A stretch of 64,000 nucleotides of DNA. Origin: an uncultured Candidatus Rokubacteria bacterium (GTDB taxonomy: Bacteria > Methylomirabilota > Methylomirabilia > Rokubacteriales > DASRDR01). Positions 1 through 10,440 of the stretch are shown here, one piece after another. The notes under the pieces are model-generated. The model did no database searches, was not told the DNA's origin, and worked only from the letters and a program-made list of their open reading frames with translations. The stretch lies in contig CAVPSB010000002.1 in assembly GCA_963708025.1 (NCBI GenBank), forward strand, positions 355,930-419,929, given 5' to 3'. A program made the position numbers and the translations under genes. How positions within the stretch are numbered: the stretch's first letter is position 1; every line of letters starts with the position of its first letter.

Positions 1-185
1 AGATCGGCATCTGCGGGCAGGCCCCCAGCGACTACCCGGAGTTCGCGCAGTTCCTCGTCGAGCAGGGCATCGACAGCATCTCCCTCAACCCGGACGCCGT
101 GATGAAGACCACGCTCCGCATCCTCGAGACGGAGGCGGCGCTTACCGGACGACCAGGGGCACCAGAGCTCCCCCGCCGGCCATGA
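1..185 (+). CDS. ppsA: Phosphoenolpyruvate synthase, C-terminal end (5' part outside window)
   Basis: Frame from nt 3 reads [36 protein letters not shown], the typical PEP synthase C-terminus; stop TGA 183-185. Not in ORF track. Confidence 0.9.
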   Translation, partial: IGICGQAPSDYPEFAQFLVEQGIDSISLNPDAVMKTTLRILETEAALTGRPGAPELPRRP

Positions 186-1389
186 GCGCGACGACGAGCC
201 ACGCCGGCGCCTTCCAGAGCGCGAGGAGACCGAAGGCCACCAGCGCCAGCGCGACATCGGCCGGCGCCCGGATCGCGCTCGTCCACACCGGCTGATACAG
301 CGCGGCCAGGAGCAGGCCGACGACCGCGGCGTTGATCCCCCGCAGCGCGGCCTGGAAGCCCGATCGCGCGCGGAGCGCATCCCAGAACGGGAGGGCCCCG
401 ACGATCAAGAGGTAGGACGGCAGGAAGATCGCCACCAGCGCGAGAGCGGCGCCCGTGACGCCGTTGGGCCGGGGGCCCATCACCGCCCCCAGGTAGGCGG
501 CGAAGGTGAAGAGCGGCCCCGGCACCGCCTGGGCGGCGCCGTAGCCGGCGACGAAGTGCTCGGGGGTCACCCAGCCGGGCGGGACCACCTCCGCCTGGAG
601 CAAGGGAAGAACGACGTGGCCGCCGCCGAAGACCAGCGACCCCGCCCGGAAGAAGCTGTCGAAGACGGCGAGCGCGTGACTGCCGGTAAGCTGGCGAGCG
701 ATCGGCAGGGCGACCAGGAGACCGAAGAAGAGCCCGAGCATGGAGGCGCCGAGCCGGCGCCCGACGGGCACCGGCCGCCGGGAGGTCGCCGGCGCGGTGG
801 CCCCGGGCAGGAGCCGCCACCCCACCAGGCCGGCGGCGGCGATGAGGGTGACCTGGCCGATGCCCGTCGGCCACAGGATCGCGATGACGGCGGACAGGAG
901 CGCAATGGTGGCCCGCTGGCGATCGGGCGCGAGCGACCGGGCCATCCCCCAGACGGCCAGGGCGACCACGGCCACCGCGGCCACCTTCAGTCCGTGCAGC
1001 CAGCCGGCGCCGGCGACCTCGACCACGCGGAGGCTGTACGCGAAGGCGACGAGCGCGAGCGCCGAGGGCAGGGTGAACCCCAGCCAGGCCGCCACGCCGC
1101 CCAGCAGGCCGGCGCGCGTGATGCCGATGGCGATGCCGACCTGGCTGCTGGCCGGGCCCGGGAGGAACTGGCACAGCGCCACCAGATCGGCGTACGTGGC
1201 CTCGTCCACCCACCGGCGGCGGACCACGTATTCCTCCCGGAAGTAGCCGAGGTGGGCCACCGGTCCGCCGAAGGAGGTCAGCCCCAGCCGCGTCGCGACC
1301 CGAAGCACCTCCAGGAGGTGGGAAGTGAGACCACCCGCCGCCCGGTCGGGCCGGGTGTCCCGGTCCACCGGGGCGTGCCCCTCGCTCAC
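142..1389 (-). CDS. chrA: Chromate efflux transporter (CHR family)
   Basis: [36 protein letters not shown] and [16 protein letters not shown] motifs; GTG start 1389 chosen because the longer ORF extension overlaps the upstream gene. Confidence 0.92.
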   Translation of the reverse strand: MSEGHAPVDRDTRPDRAAGGLTSHLLEVLRVATRLGLTSFGGPVAHLGYFREEYVVRRRWVDEATYADLVALCQFLPGPASSQVGIAIGITRAGLLGGVAAWLGFTLPSALALVAFAYSLRVVEVAGAGWLHGLKVAAVAVVALAVWGMARSLAPDRQRATIALLSAVIAILWPTGIGQVTLIAAAGLVGWRLLPGATAPATSRRPVPVGRRLGASMLGLFFGLLVALPIARQLTGSHALAVFDSFFRAGSLVFGGGHVVLPLLQAEVVPPGWVTPEHFVAGYGAAQAVPGPLFTFAAYLGAVMGPRPNGVTGAALALVAIFLPSYLLIVGALPFWDALRARSGFQAALRGINAAVVGLLLAALYQPVWTSAIRAPADVALALVAFGLLALWKAPAWLVVALMAGGGALVPLVVR

Positions 1390-1412
1390 CGGCGATGCCT
1401 GCCTCTCACCGG

Positions 1413-1805
1413 TTACTCGAGACGGAACACGGGGTGGTCGGCGGGATTCGGCAGGGTCTCGAAGGCACCTTTCACCTGGTAGCCCCAGCGGGCCAGATAG
1501 GCATCGACGATGCGGGGCTTCTCGTCGTCGGGGACCTCGGTCGCTCGAAAGGGCTCGATGCGCGAGCGCCGGCGGAGCTCCCCACCGCCGGTCGCTCGCA
1601 GGTTGCGCACCCACTGGGTGTCACCTCGTGGCGCCACCAGGTACCGCCGGCCATCGAGCTCGAGCACGTTGACGGGAACGGTGCGCCACTCTCCGCTCGT
1701 GCGACCGCGCACGGCCAGGGTGGGAACGATGCCGAGTCGCATGAGCAGTGGATTGACCACTCGAGAGACGAGCCAGCCGGGCTTCAGATAGCGAGTCTGG
1801 TTCAC
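1413..1805 (-). CDS. Nitroreductase-family deazaflavin (F420)-dependent oxidoreductase, Ddn-like
   Basis: LAVRGRTSGEWRTVPV...YLVAPRGDTQWVRNLRA...HPVFRL signature. Confidence 0.8.
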   Translation of the reverse strand: MNQTRYLKPGWLVSRVVNPLLMRLGIVPTLAVRGRTSGEWRTVPVNVLELDGRRYLVAPRGDTQWVRNLRATGGGELRRRSRIEPFRATEVPDDEKPRIVDAYLARWGYQVKGAFETLPNPADHPVFRLE

Positions 1806-1941
1806 GGGGCTTCTCCCTCGTACTGGCGGCGAGCGGTGCTGGTGGAATATCGTACATCAGGAGCCGCTCCGGGGGCGCCCCTGGAACCAGGTGGACGGAG
1901 GTGACGTCACTCGGCCAGGCGGCCGCGGGTCGTTGCGCCGG

Positions 1942-3045
1942 ATGAGAATCATCGCCCACGTCGACATGGACGCCTTCTATGCCGCGGTGGAGGAGCGGCA
2001 CCACCCCGAGCTTCGCGGCCGGCCGGTCGTCGTGGGCGCCGATCCGAAGGACGGGAAGGGCCGGGGCGTCGTCACCGCCGCGAACTACGCCGCCCGGACG
2101 TACGGCATCCGATCGGCGCTTCCGATCTCCCGAGCCTGGCGGCTGGCCGAGCGGGCCCGACGACGGGGCGAGGCGGAAGCCGTCTTCGTCCGGGGCGACC
2201 GGTCGCTCTATCGCGAGGTGTCGGGCCGCATCATGGGGATCATCGCCCAGGGCGTGGACGCCTTCGAGGAGGCAAGCATCGACGAGGCCTACGTGGACGT
2301 CTCGTTCCTCGGGGACATGGTCCGCGGCGAGGCGCACGCGCGGGCGCTCAAGGCCGAGATCCTGGCGCGCGAGGGACTGACCTGCTCGATCGGCCTCGCG
2401 CCGAACAAGCTGGTGGCGAAGATCGCGTCGGACTTCCGCAAGCCGGACGGGCTCACGGTCGTGCGGCCGGACGAGGTCCAGGCGTTTCTCGATCCACTGC
2501 GGATCCGGGTCATTCCCGGGATCGGCCCGAAGACCGAGGCGTTTCTCCACGGGAAGGGCATCCGGACCGTCGCCGAGCTGCGTGACGTGGAGGTCGGCCG
2601 GCTCACGGAGTGGTTCGGCAAGTGGGGAGGGGATCTGGGGCAGAGGGCCCGCGGGATCTCCGAGGATGCCGTGTCGAACGAGTGGGAGCGCAAGTCGGTG
2701 GGCGAGCAGGAGACGTTCGAGGAGGACTCGCTGGATCCGGCCTTCGTCTTCGAGCGCGCGCGCCTCATGGGCGGCGACGTGTATCGGCGGTTCGTCGCCG
2801 AGGGGCTCGGGGCGTTCCGGACGGTGACGGTGACGGTCCGGTTCGCCGGGTTCGTGACCCGGAGCCGGTCTCACACGGGCCGCACGCCGTTCCGGAGCGA
2901 GGACGAGCTGCAGGGCGAGGTGCATCGACTGCTGGAGCCGTTCTTCGACGCGCGGGAGAACCCGAAGGGGAAGAAGATCCGCCTCATCGGCGTCCGGGTG
3001 GAGAAGCTGCTGCGGGAGGACGGAACCGAGGGTGACCGGCGGTAG
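1942..3045 (+). CDS. dinB: DNA polymerase IV
   Basis: HVDMDAFYAAVE, RGVVTAANYAAR, SIDEAYVD, NKLVAKIASDFRKPDG and IPGIGPKT Y-family motifs. Confidence 0.95.
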   Translation: MRIIAHVDMDAFYAAVEERHHPELRGRPVVVGADPKDGKGRGVVTAANYAARTYGIRSALPISRAWRLAERARRRGEAEAVFVRGDRSLYREVSGRIMGIIAQGVDAFEEASIDEAYVDVSFLGDMVRGEAHARALKAEILAREGLTCSIGLAPNKLVAKIASDFRKPDGLTVVRPDEVQAFLDPLRIRVIPGIGPKTEAFLHGKGIRTVAELRDVEVGRLTEWFGKWGGDLGQRARGISEDAVSNEWERKSVGEQETFEEDSLDPAFVFERARLMGGDVYRRFVAEGLGAFRTVTVTVRFAGFVTRSRSHTGRTPFRSEDELQGEVHRLLEPFFDARENPKGKKIRLIGVRVEKLLREDGTEGDRR

Positions 3046-3157
3046 GTGAGCCCCCCGCTTGAGATGACCCCGCGAGATCGTCTACCATCGGGACGTTCGC
3101 GCTCGATCCACTCCGACACGACGACCGCTCGCCGCCTGGGGCGACCGGGAGGGTGAC

Positions 3158-4715
3158 ATGAGACGGAGATCCTGGCCCGCGTGGCTCGTCCTGCTGCTCG
3201 CCCTCGTGGCTGTCGCGTCGGCGCCGGGGCCCGGCCACGGCCAGCCGGCCGGGACGCTCGTGTTCGTCCGCTCGGCGGACTCGAACTTCGTCGAACACGG
3301 GCTTCACGACGATCACCGAGGATGCCGACGTCGCCGTGAACGTCTTCGACAGCCTCCTGCGCATGGACGCGACGGGCAACGTGGTGCCCGGGCTGGCCAC
3401 GTCGTGGGAGCACAGCCAGGGCAAGGTGTGGACGTTCAAGCTGCGCCGCGATGCGAAGTTCCACGACGGCACGCCCGTGGACGCCGAGGCGGTCGCGTTC
3501 AGCCTGAACCGCCTGAACCCGGACTCGCCCTTCTCCGTCAAGGGCCGCACCTCCTCGCTCCGCATCTGGCTCCGGGACCTGATCGTCAGCGCGGAGGCCG
3601 TCGACAGCGGCACCGTCCGCGTCTCGCTCAAGGAGCCGTACGCGCTCCTCGCCCACATGCTCGGCGCCTGGCCCGCGCCGATCGTCAGCCCGACCGCGGT
3701 GAAGCGGCTCGGTGAGAGCTTCGCGCAGAAGCCGGTCGGCTCCGGCCCGTTCAAGCTCGGGGAGTGGGTCAAGGACGACCACATCACCCTGGTGGCGAAC
3801 AAGGACTACTGGGGCGGGGCGCCGAGGCTGGAGCAGGTGATCTTCAAGGTGGTGCCGGACCCGAGCAGCCGGTTCCTCGAGCTGAAGCGCGGCTCCGGCC
3901 ACTTCCTCAAGGGGATGGCCCCCGACCAGCGACAGGTCGTGGAGTCCGACAAGAGCCTGGTGCTCCTGACCCGGCCATGCTCGTGCATCGGCTACCTGGC
4001 GATCAACGACCAGAAGAAGCCGTTCGACAACGTGCTCGTCCGGCGCGCCTTGAACCACGCCATCGACCGGCCCACGATCATGCGGACGATCGAGGCCAAC
4101 CTCGGCATCGTCGCCGAGAGCATGATCCCGCCGTGGATGCCCGGCTACAACGCGGGGGCCGCGCGGTACGCGTACGATCCCGCCAAGGCGAAGGAGCTCC
4201 TGGCCCAGGCGGGGCTGCCCAACGGATTTTCGACCCAGCTCTGGACGTTCAACGTCGAGCGCCCCTTCATCCCCAACGTGCTCCAGGTGGCGGAGAAGGT
4301 GCGGAGTGACCTGGCCGCGGTCGGGATCGAGGCCAAGCTCTCCGTGATGGACTCCGCCGTGTACTGGCGGAGCATCAACACGCTCCAGGGCGAGCTGGCC
4401 ATGAAGGGCTGGTACACGCCGCCCCAGCCCGACTTCCTGATCCGGGTGGCCCTCCTGGGCCTGGAGTCGGCGACCTACTATCCGAACACGCCGCGCGGGG
4501 CGCAGCTCCGTGACCTGGCCGGTCGCGCCGCTCAGGCCTTCGACCTGGAAGGGCGGAGCCGTCTCTACCAGCAGGTTCAGCAGATCTACGCGGAGGACGC
4601 CCCCACCGTCCCGCTGATGCACCCGGCGTACGCCTGGGTGCACGTGAGCGCCTTCGAGGGGGTGGAGATCTCCCCGGACGGGCTGACCCGGTTCCACGGC
4701 GTCCGCCGCAAGTGA
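3158..4715 (+). CDS. Peptide/nickel ABC transporter substrate-binding protein (family 5), frameshift near 3297
   Basis: Signal peptide in ORF 3158 joins ORF 3336-4715 (WTFKLRRDAKFHDGTPVDAEAV, PVGSGPF, PFDNVLVRRALNHAIDR); removing one base near 3297 joins the frames. Confidence 0.85.
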
Positions 4716-4802
4716 GGGCGCGTGAAGCAATGGGTCCTCTGACTCCCCCCTCCCCCCGGTGGGTGGGGGAGGGGGGTTGGGGGGGTAGGCGGGAGGTCCC
4801 GA
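4713..4802 (+). repeat. Intergenic repeat copy A (short form, C-rich/G-rich stem)
   Basis: Shares the TGAG..GTGAAG start, CTCCCCC(C)TCCCCC/GGGGGAGGGGG stem and GGGTAGGCGGGAGGTCCCGA end with copies at 5707 and 17490. Confidence 0.7.
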
Positions 4803-4803
4803 C

Positions 4804-5709
4804 CTGACGGCCGCCCGCGGCGCCGGGGGCGAGCCCGACGCGGGACCCGTTCCGGCGGCGGGCCGATCGGGGTTCGCCGGCCGCCTCCGGAAGAGCCGGC
4901 ATGCCCTGGTCGGGGGGGTCCTGGTCGGGACCTTCCTGCTCGTCGGGCTCCTGGCGCCTGTCCTCGCGCCCCACGACCCGCTCCGGCAGGATCTCGACCG
5001 CCGGGTGGCCCCGGGGCTGTGGGCGGGCGAGACGGCGCACCCGCTCGGGACCGACGAGCTCGGGCGGGACATCCTGAGCCGGATCGTCTACGGGGCGCGG
5101 GTGTCGCTGGTGGTCGGCTTCATCGCGCTGGTCATCATGAACGTGTTCGGGATCACGCTGGGGGCCACCGCCGGCTACCTGGGCGGCCGGGTGGACGCCG
5201 TGGTGATGCGCGTGATGGACGTGCTCCTGGCCTTCCCCTACATCATCCTGGCGATCGCGATCATGGCCGTGCTCGGGCAGGGGGTCGTCAACGCCGTGAT
5301 CGCGATCAGCGTCGTCTACACGCCGACGCTGGCGCGGATCGTGCGGAGCGTGGCGCTCCAGCTGCGGGAGCGGCAGTTCGTCGAGGCCGCCCGCGCCCTG
5401 GGGGGCGGGACCGCACGCGTGCTCGGGCGGCACGTGCTGCCCAACGCCGTGCCCCAGGTCATCGTGTTCTCGGCGCTGTCGCTGGGGGAGACGATCCTGT
5501 ACATCGCGGCGCTCGGCTTCCTGGGCCTCGGGATCGCCCCGCCCACGCCGGAGTGGGGCGCCATGATCAGCACCGGCAAGGATCACCTGATCCTGGGCCA
5601 GTGGTGGCCGTCCGCTTTCCCGGGGCTGTCGATCATGCTGGCGGCGCTCGGCTTCGTCCTCCTCGGCGACGGGCTGCGCGACACGCTCGATCCCCGGCTC
5701 CGCACATGA
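4804..5709 (+). CDS. ABC transporter permease (DppC/OppC-like)
   Basis: HPLGTDELGRDILSRIVYGARVSL, EAARALG, LGFLGLGIAPPTPEWG, LGDGLRDTLDPR; frame open from TAG 4786-4788; probable CTG start 4804 behind GGGAGG (start uncertain). Confidence 0.85.
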   Translation: MTAARGAGGEPDAGPVPAAGRSGFAGRLRKSRHALVGGVLVGTFLLVGLLAPVLAPHDPLRQDLDRRVAPGLWAGETAHPLGTDELGRDILSRIVYGARVSLVVGFIALVIMNVFGITLGATAGYLGGRVDAVVMRVMDVLLAFPYIILAIAIMAVLGQGVVNAVIAISVVYTPTLARIVRSVALQLRERQFVEAARALGGGTARVLGRHVLPNAVPQVIVFSALSLGETILYIAALGFLGLGIAPPTPEWGAMISTGKDHLILGQWWPSAFPGLSIMLAALGFVLLGDGLRDTLDPRLRT

Positions 5710-5840
5710 GAGTGTGTGAAGGATTGCGGTTCTCCGGCTCCCCCTCCCCCCGGCCAAAGGCCGAAGGCCGTCGACATCGGTGGGGGAGGGGGCCAAAGGC
5801 CGAAGGCCGTCGAAGGATCGGGGTAGGCGGGAGGACCCGA
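5707..5840 (+). repeat. Intergenic repeat copy B (long form, two GGCCAAAGGCCGAAGGCCGTCGA modules)
   Basis: Near-identical to the reverse complement of 17490-17622; modules at 5752-5774 and 5791-5813. Confidence 0.85.
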
Positions 5841-5843
5841 TCC

Positions 5844-6572
5844 ATGATCCCGCGCGCGATCTACGGCCAGGCGGTGGGGGTCGTGATGCAGCAGGACCGC
5901 ATCGTGCGGCTGCCCGGGGACGTCGGCAACGCGACGACGTTCCCGTTCCCGGTGCGGTACGAGCTGGTGGAGGGCGTGGACCCCGCGGAGCTCAAGTCGC
6001 CGGACCGGGCCCGGGCGGCGGCCCCGGCCTTCGCCCGGGCCGCCCGGGCGCTGGAGGCGGCCGGCGCCCGGGTCATCGGGACCGGATGCGGCTACCTGTC
6101 GATCCTCCAGGACGAGATCCAGGCGGCGGTCCGCGTCCCGGTTCTCAGCAGCAGCCTCCTCCAGGTGCCCTGGGTGGCGCGGACGCTCGGCCCCGGGCGC
6201 CGCGTGGGCATCGTGACCGCCGACAGCCGGGCGCTCGGCGACGCGTACTTCGAGCCGCTCGGCTGGACGAGCCGCACGGTGCCGGTGGCGATCGTCGGGA
6301 TCGAGCACGAGACGGAGTTCATCGAGCTCCTGTTCCATCCTGACGTCGAGGAGGACGAGGTCCGCCGCATGCACCAGGCCATGGGCCGGCTCGTCCGCCG
6401 GTTCGTCGAGGCGACCCCGGACGTCGGCGCCCTGGTGCTGGAGTGCACGAACCTCCCGCCGTTCGCGGCCACGATGCAGCGGGCGACCGGGCTCCCGGTG
6501 TTCGACGTGGTGACGCTCCTGTCCTGGGCCCAGGCCGGCGCCGTGCGACAACCGTTCACCGGCTACCTGTAG
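5844..6572 (+). CDS. Aspartate/glutamate/hydantoin racemase family protein
   Basis: PGDVGNATTFPFPVRY, GTGCGYL and LECTNLPPF two-cysteine motifs; ATG behind GGGAGG. Confidence 0.85.
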   Translation: MIPRAIYGQAVGVVMQQDRIVRLPGDVGNATTFPFPVRYELVEGVDPAELKSPDRARAAAPAFARAARALEAAGARVIGTGCGYLSILQDEIQAAVRVPVLSSSLLQVPWVARTLGPGRRVGIVTADSRALGDAYFEPLGWTSRTVPVAIVGIEHETEFIELLFHPDVEEDEVRRMHQAMGRLVRRFVEATPDVGALVLECTNLPPFAATMQRATGLPVFDVVTLLSWAQAGAVRQPFTGYL

Positions 6573-6587
6573 GCGTCCGGCGACGGG

Positions 6588-7593
6588 ATGCGCCGCCACG
6601 TCCTCGCGCGGCTGGGCAGCGTTCCACCGACGCTCCTCGGCGTCGCGGTGGTGGTGTTCGTCCTCATCCGGCTGATCCCGGGGGACCCCGCCGAGGTGAT
6701 GCTCGGGGGATTCGCGACCCCCGAGCGGACCGTGGAGATGCGGCGGCAGCTGGGGCTCGACCGGCCCGTCGTCGTCCAGTTCGGCTGGTGGCTCGGTGGG
6801 CTCGTCCAGGGGGACCTGGGCCGGTCGATCATGACGCGGCGGCCGGTGGCGGAGGAGATCTGGAGTCGCTTCCCGGCGACTCTCGAGCTGACGCTCTGCG
6901 CGACGGGGTTCGCGGTGGTGGTGGGCGTCACCCTGGGGGTCGTCTCCGCCGCCGCGCACAACACGCGGCTCGACCTCGGCCTGACGATCGTGAGCGTCCT
7001 GGGGATGTCGACGCCGATCTTCTGGTTCGGGCTGATGCTGCTCTACGTCTTCGGCGTGTGGCTTGGCGCTCCTGCCGATCTCCGGCCGGCTGGACGTCGG
7101 CACCAGCCTGCCGCGCCTGACCGGCCTCGTCCTGGTGGACAGCGCGCTCCAGGGTCGCTGGAGCGTGTGGGCCGACGGGCTCAAACACCTCCTGCTCCCC
7201 GCGTTCTCGCTCGCGGTCATTCCCATCGCCACGCTCTCCCGGATGACGCGGGCCGGCATGCTCGACATCCTGCGCCAGGACTACGTGGCCGTCGCCCGGG
7301 CCAAGGGGCTGGGAGAGCCCGCCGTCGTCGGGCGCCACGCCCTGAAGAACGCCCTGATCCCGGTCGTCACCGTGGCCGCCACCCGCTTCGGCATGCAGCT
7401 CGCCGGGGCCGTCCTGGTGGAGGTCGTCTACGCCTGGCCCGGCGTCGGGCGGCTCGTGTACGACGCGATCCAGAAGCGTGACTACCCCGTGATCCAGGGG
7501 GCGGTCCTGTTCATCGCGGTGATGTTCGTGCTGATCAACCTCCTGACGGATCTCCTCTACGCGGTCCTCGACCCGCGGATCCGCCTGGAGTAG
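6588..7593 (+). CDS. ABC transporter permease (DppB/OppB-like), frameshift near 7065
   Basis: LIPGDPA..LGLDRP..GDLGRS..FPATLEL in the first frame; LPISGR, ARAKGL, HALKNALIP, DYPVIQG, DPRIR in the second. Confidence 0.85.
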
Positions 7594-7606
7594 CCGGGGG
7601 GCCGAA

Positions 7607-9193
7607 TTGCTGGACCTGGTCATTCGCGGCGGGATGGTGGTCAACGGCACCGGGCGGCCGGCGTTCCGCGCCGACCTCGGCGTGGCCGGGGACACGATCG
7701 TCGCCGTCGGCGGCGCCATGTCGGAGGCCGCCGCCACGCTGGACGCCACCGGGCTGGTGGTGGCCCCGGGCTTCGTCGACCTCCACAGCCACTCCGACTA
7801 CACGCTTCTCCTGAACCGCAACGCCGAGAGCGCGGTCCGGCAAGGCGTGACGACGGAGCTGGTCGGCAACTGCGGCATGTCCTGCGCGCCCCTGGCCGAC
7901 CCGGCCCACCTCGCCCTCGTGCTGGCGGATCACATCCCCGGCGTGGAGGCGCGCTGGCGGAGCTTCGGCGAGTGGCTGGACGCCCTGGCGGACGGCGGCG
8001 TGTCGGTGAACGTGGCCGCGCTCGTGGGACACGGCGCCCTGCGCCTGGCGACGCTGGGGCCCGCGCCCCGTCCGGCGTCGGCGGCGGAGACCGAGGCGAT
8101 GGCCCGGCGCCTGGACGCCTGCCTGGACGAGGGGGCCTTCGGCCTGTCCTCGGGGCTCGAGTACCCGGCGGGTCGGCCGGCGACGAGCGAGGAGCTCGTG
8201 GCGCTGGCCACGGTCGTCGGGCGGCGCGGTGGGCTCTACGCCACGCACATCCGCAACCGCGACTACCAGTACCTGGACGCGGTCCAGGAGGCCCTCGACA
8301 CCGGGACGGCTGCCGGGGCGCGGCTCCAGGTCTCGCACGTGTCGCCCCGCTGGGGTGTCGGGGACGGCGCGGCCGAGGAGGCGCTCCGGCGGATCGAGCG
8401 CGTCCGCGAGTCGGGTCTCGACGTCGCCTTCGACAACCACCCGTACGTCTTCGGGCGGGGCCTGGTGATGGCGGCGCTGCCGCCCTGGGCGTTCGAGGGC
8501 GGGATCCAGCGACTCCACGCGCGCCTCCGCGACCCGGCGGAGCGGGCCCGCCTGCGACGGAACGAGAGTCCCCAGTGGAAGCACGTCCACCAGGGGCGAT
8601 GGGACCTGATCCGCATCTACGACGCGCCGTCCACGCGCGCGGTCGAGGGCCAGACGGTGGCCGACATCGCCGCCGCCGGGCGCCAGGACCCGTGGGACGT
8701 CGTGTTCGATTTGCTGCTGGCCGAGGGCGACCATCCGGGGTCGCTGTTCTGGTCGGCCCCGATCCACCGCCAGGAGGACGTCAACGCGACCTTCCGCGAC
8801 TCCCGGAGCGCGATCATGTCCGACGGCTCGACGGTCGCCCCCTACGGCCCCTGCCGGAACGTCCGCCACATCTACGCCTACGGCTGGTCGACCCACGTGC
8901 TCCGCCGCTACGTGCGGGAGCGCCGAGTCCTGAGCCTGGAGGACGCGGTCCACAAGATGTCCGGGCTCCCGGCCCGGCGGATGGGGCTCGCCGACCGCGG
9001 TACGATCGCACCCGGCCAGAAGGCCGACCTCGTCGTGCTCGACCCGGCCCGGGCCGCCGACCGGGCCACGTTCGAGCAGCCGATCGCGTTCCCGGAGGGG
9101 ATCCACCACGTCTTCGTCAACGGGGCGTGGACGGTCCGGGGCGGCGACCATACCGGAGCGCGGGCCGGGCGGGTCCTCCGGCGCGCCGCGTAG
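7607..9193 (+). CDS. N-acyl-D-amino-acid deacylase (D-aminoacylase) family amidohydrolase
   Basis: PGFVDLHSHSD, QGVTTELVGNCG, GLSSGLEY, YATHIR, MSDG, DRATFEQP; TTG start. Confidence 0.88.
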   Translation: MLDLVIRGGMVVNGTGRPAFRADLGVAGDTIVAVGGAMSEAAATLDATGLVVAPGFVDLHSHSDYTLLLNRNAESAVRQGVTTELVGNCGMSCAPLADPAHLALVLADHIPGVEARWRSFGEWLDALADGGVSVNVAALVGHGALRLATLGPAPRPASAAETEAMARRLDACLDEGAFGLSSGLEYPAGRPATSEELVALATVVGRRGGLYATHIRNRDYQYLDAVQEALDTGTAAGARLQVSHVSPRWGVGDGAAEEALRRIERVRESGLDVAFDNHPYVFGRGLVMAALPPWAFEGGIQRLHARLRDPAERARLRRNESPQWKHVHQGRWDLIRIYDAPSTRAVEGQTVADIAAAGRQDPWDVVFDLLLAEGDHPGSLFWSAPIHRQEDVNATFRDSRSAIMSDGSTVAPYGPCRNVRHIYAYGWSTHVLRRYVRERRVLSLEDAVHKMSGLPARRMGLADRGTIAPGQKADLVVLDPARAADRATFEQPIAFPEGIHHVFVNGAWTVRGGDHTGARAGRVLRRAA

Positions 9194-9298
9194 CCGGGCG
9201 TCGCGGGCCCCGGATCCCCGGCCGCGCTCCCGGTGTCAGGCGGCGAAGCCGCCGTCGATGGTCAGGCTGGCGCCGGTGACGTTTGGCTCCGTTGGGTG

Positions 9299-10306
9299 TT
9301 ACCGGAAGAGCGCGCTGTACGCGTTGAGCGCCGGCTGGCCGCCGAGGTGGGCGTAGAGCACCGTCGAGCCCTTCTCGATCTCGCCGCTGGACACGAGGTC
9401 GATCAGACCGGCCATCGACTTGCCCTCGTAGACCGGATCCGTGATCATGCCCTCGAGTCGCGCGGCCAGCCGGATCGCCGCCAGGGTCCGGTCGTCCGGG
9501 ATCCCGTAGGTGCCGGCGTGGTACCGGTCGTCGAGGAGGATCTCGTCGTCCCGGAGGTCACGGCCGATGCCGATGAGGGCGGCGGTCTGGCGGGCGATGC
9601 GCGCCACCTGCTCGTGGGTCTCCTTGGCCTTGGCGGAGGCGTCGATCCCGACGACGCGGCGCGGCCGGTCCTGCGCCGCGAAGCCGGCGATCATCCCGGC
9701 CTGCGTGCTCCCCGTCACCGAGCAGACGACGACGGTGTCGAAGAAGACGCCCAGGTCGCGCTCCTGCTGCGCGACCTCCTGGGCCCAGCGCGCGAAGCCG
9801 AGGCCGCCGAGCCGGTGGTCCGACGCGCCAGCCGGGATCGCGTACGGCTTTCCCCCGGCCGCTTCGATCTCGGCGATGGCACGCTCCCAGCTCTCCTTGA
9901 ACCCGATCCCGAACGCGGCCGAGACGAGCCGGACGTCCGCGCCGAGGATCCGGCTGAGGAGGATGTTGCCCACGCGATCGTAGACCGCGTCGGGCCAGTC
10001 CACCCAGCTCTCCTGGATCAGCACGCACTTCATTCCCACGCGGGCGGCCGCGGCCGCCACCTGGCGGGTGTGGTTGGACTGGACGCCGCCGATCGAGACG
10101 AGCGTGTCACACCGCTGCCGGATCGCTTCGGCCACGAGGTACTCGAGCTTGCGGGCCTTGTTGCCCCCGAAGGCGAGCCCGCTGTTGCAGTCGTCGCGCT
10201 TCGCCCAGATGCGAGCCCCGCCGAGGTGCGAGCCGAGCCGCTCCAGCGGGTGCAGGGGCGAGGGCCCGAACAGCAGGGGATAGCGGTCGAACGAGTCCAG
10301 CTTCAT
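9299..10306 (-). CDS. acdS: 1-aminocyclopropane-1-carboxylate deaminase
   Basis: [24 protein letters not shown] motif, [21 protein letters not shown] and YAHLGG (Glu/Leu residues that separate AcdS from D-cysteine desulfhydrase). Confidence 0.93.
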   Translation of the reverse strand: MKLDSFDRYPLLFGPSPLHPLERLGSHLGGARIWAKRDDCNSGLAFGGNKARKLEYLVAEAIRQRCDTLVSIGGVQSNHTRQVAAAAARVGMKCVLIQESWVDWPDAVYDRVGNILLSRILGADVRLVSAAFGIGFKESWERAIAEIEAAGGKPYAIPAGASDHRLGGLGFARWAQEVAQQERDLGVFFDTVVVCSVTGSTQAGMIAGFAAQDRPRRVVGIDASAKAKETHEQVARIARQTAALIGIGRDLRDDEILLDDRYHAGTYGIPDDRTLAAIRLAARLEGMITDPVYEGKSMAGLIDLVSSGEIEKGSTVLYAHLGGQPALNAYSALFR

Positions 10307-10440
10307 TGCGCCCTCATGTCGGCCCTGACGTGGCCGCGCTCGGCCGCCCCATCCGGGCGGCGGCCGGGTGGCCACCAGCGGAGTCCCGCGTCAGGCGCGG
10401 CGATGCTCGGCGAGTCCGGAGGGGGATGGTGAACCGAGAA

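Noticed and set aside
1806-1941. LexA/SOS box upstream of dinB
   Set aside because: No recognisable palindrome of a known LexA type
5752-5813. Two 23-bp direct repeats as a mini-CRISPR
   Set aside because: Only two units with a 16-nt spacer that forms part of a stem, repeated in copy C; no cas genes
7055-7075. Programmed ribosomal frameshifting at the ABC and msrA frame changes
   Set aside because: No slippery heptamers, and these families are not known to use it; sequencing error is simpler
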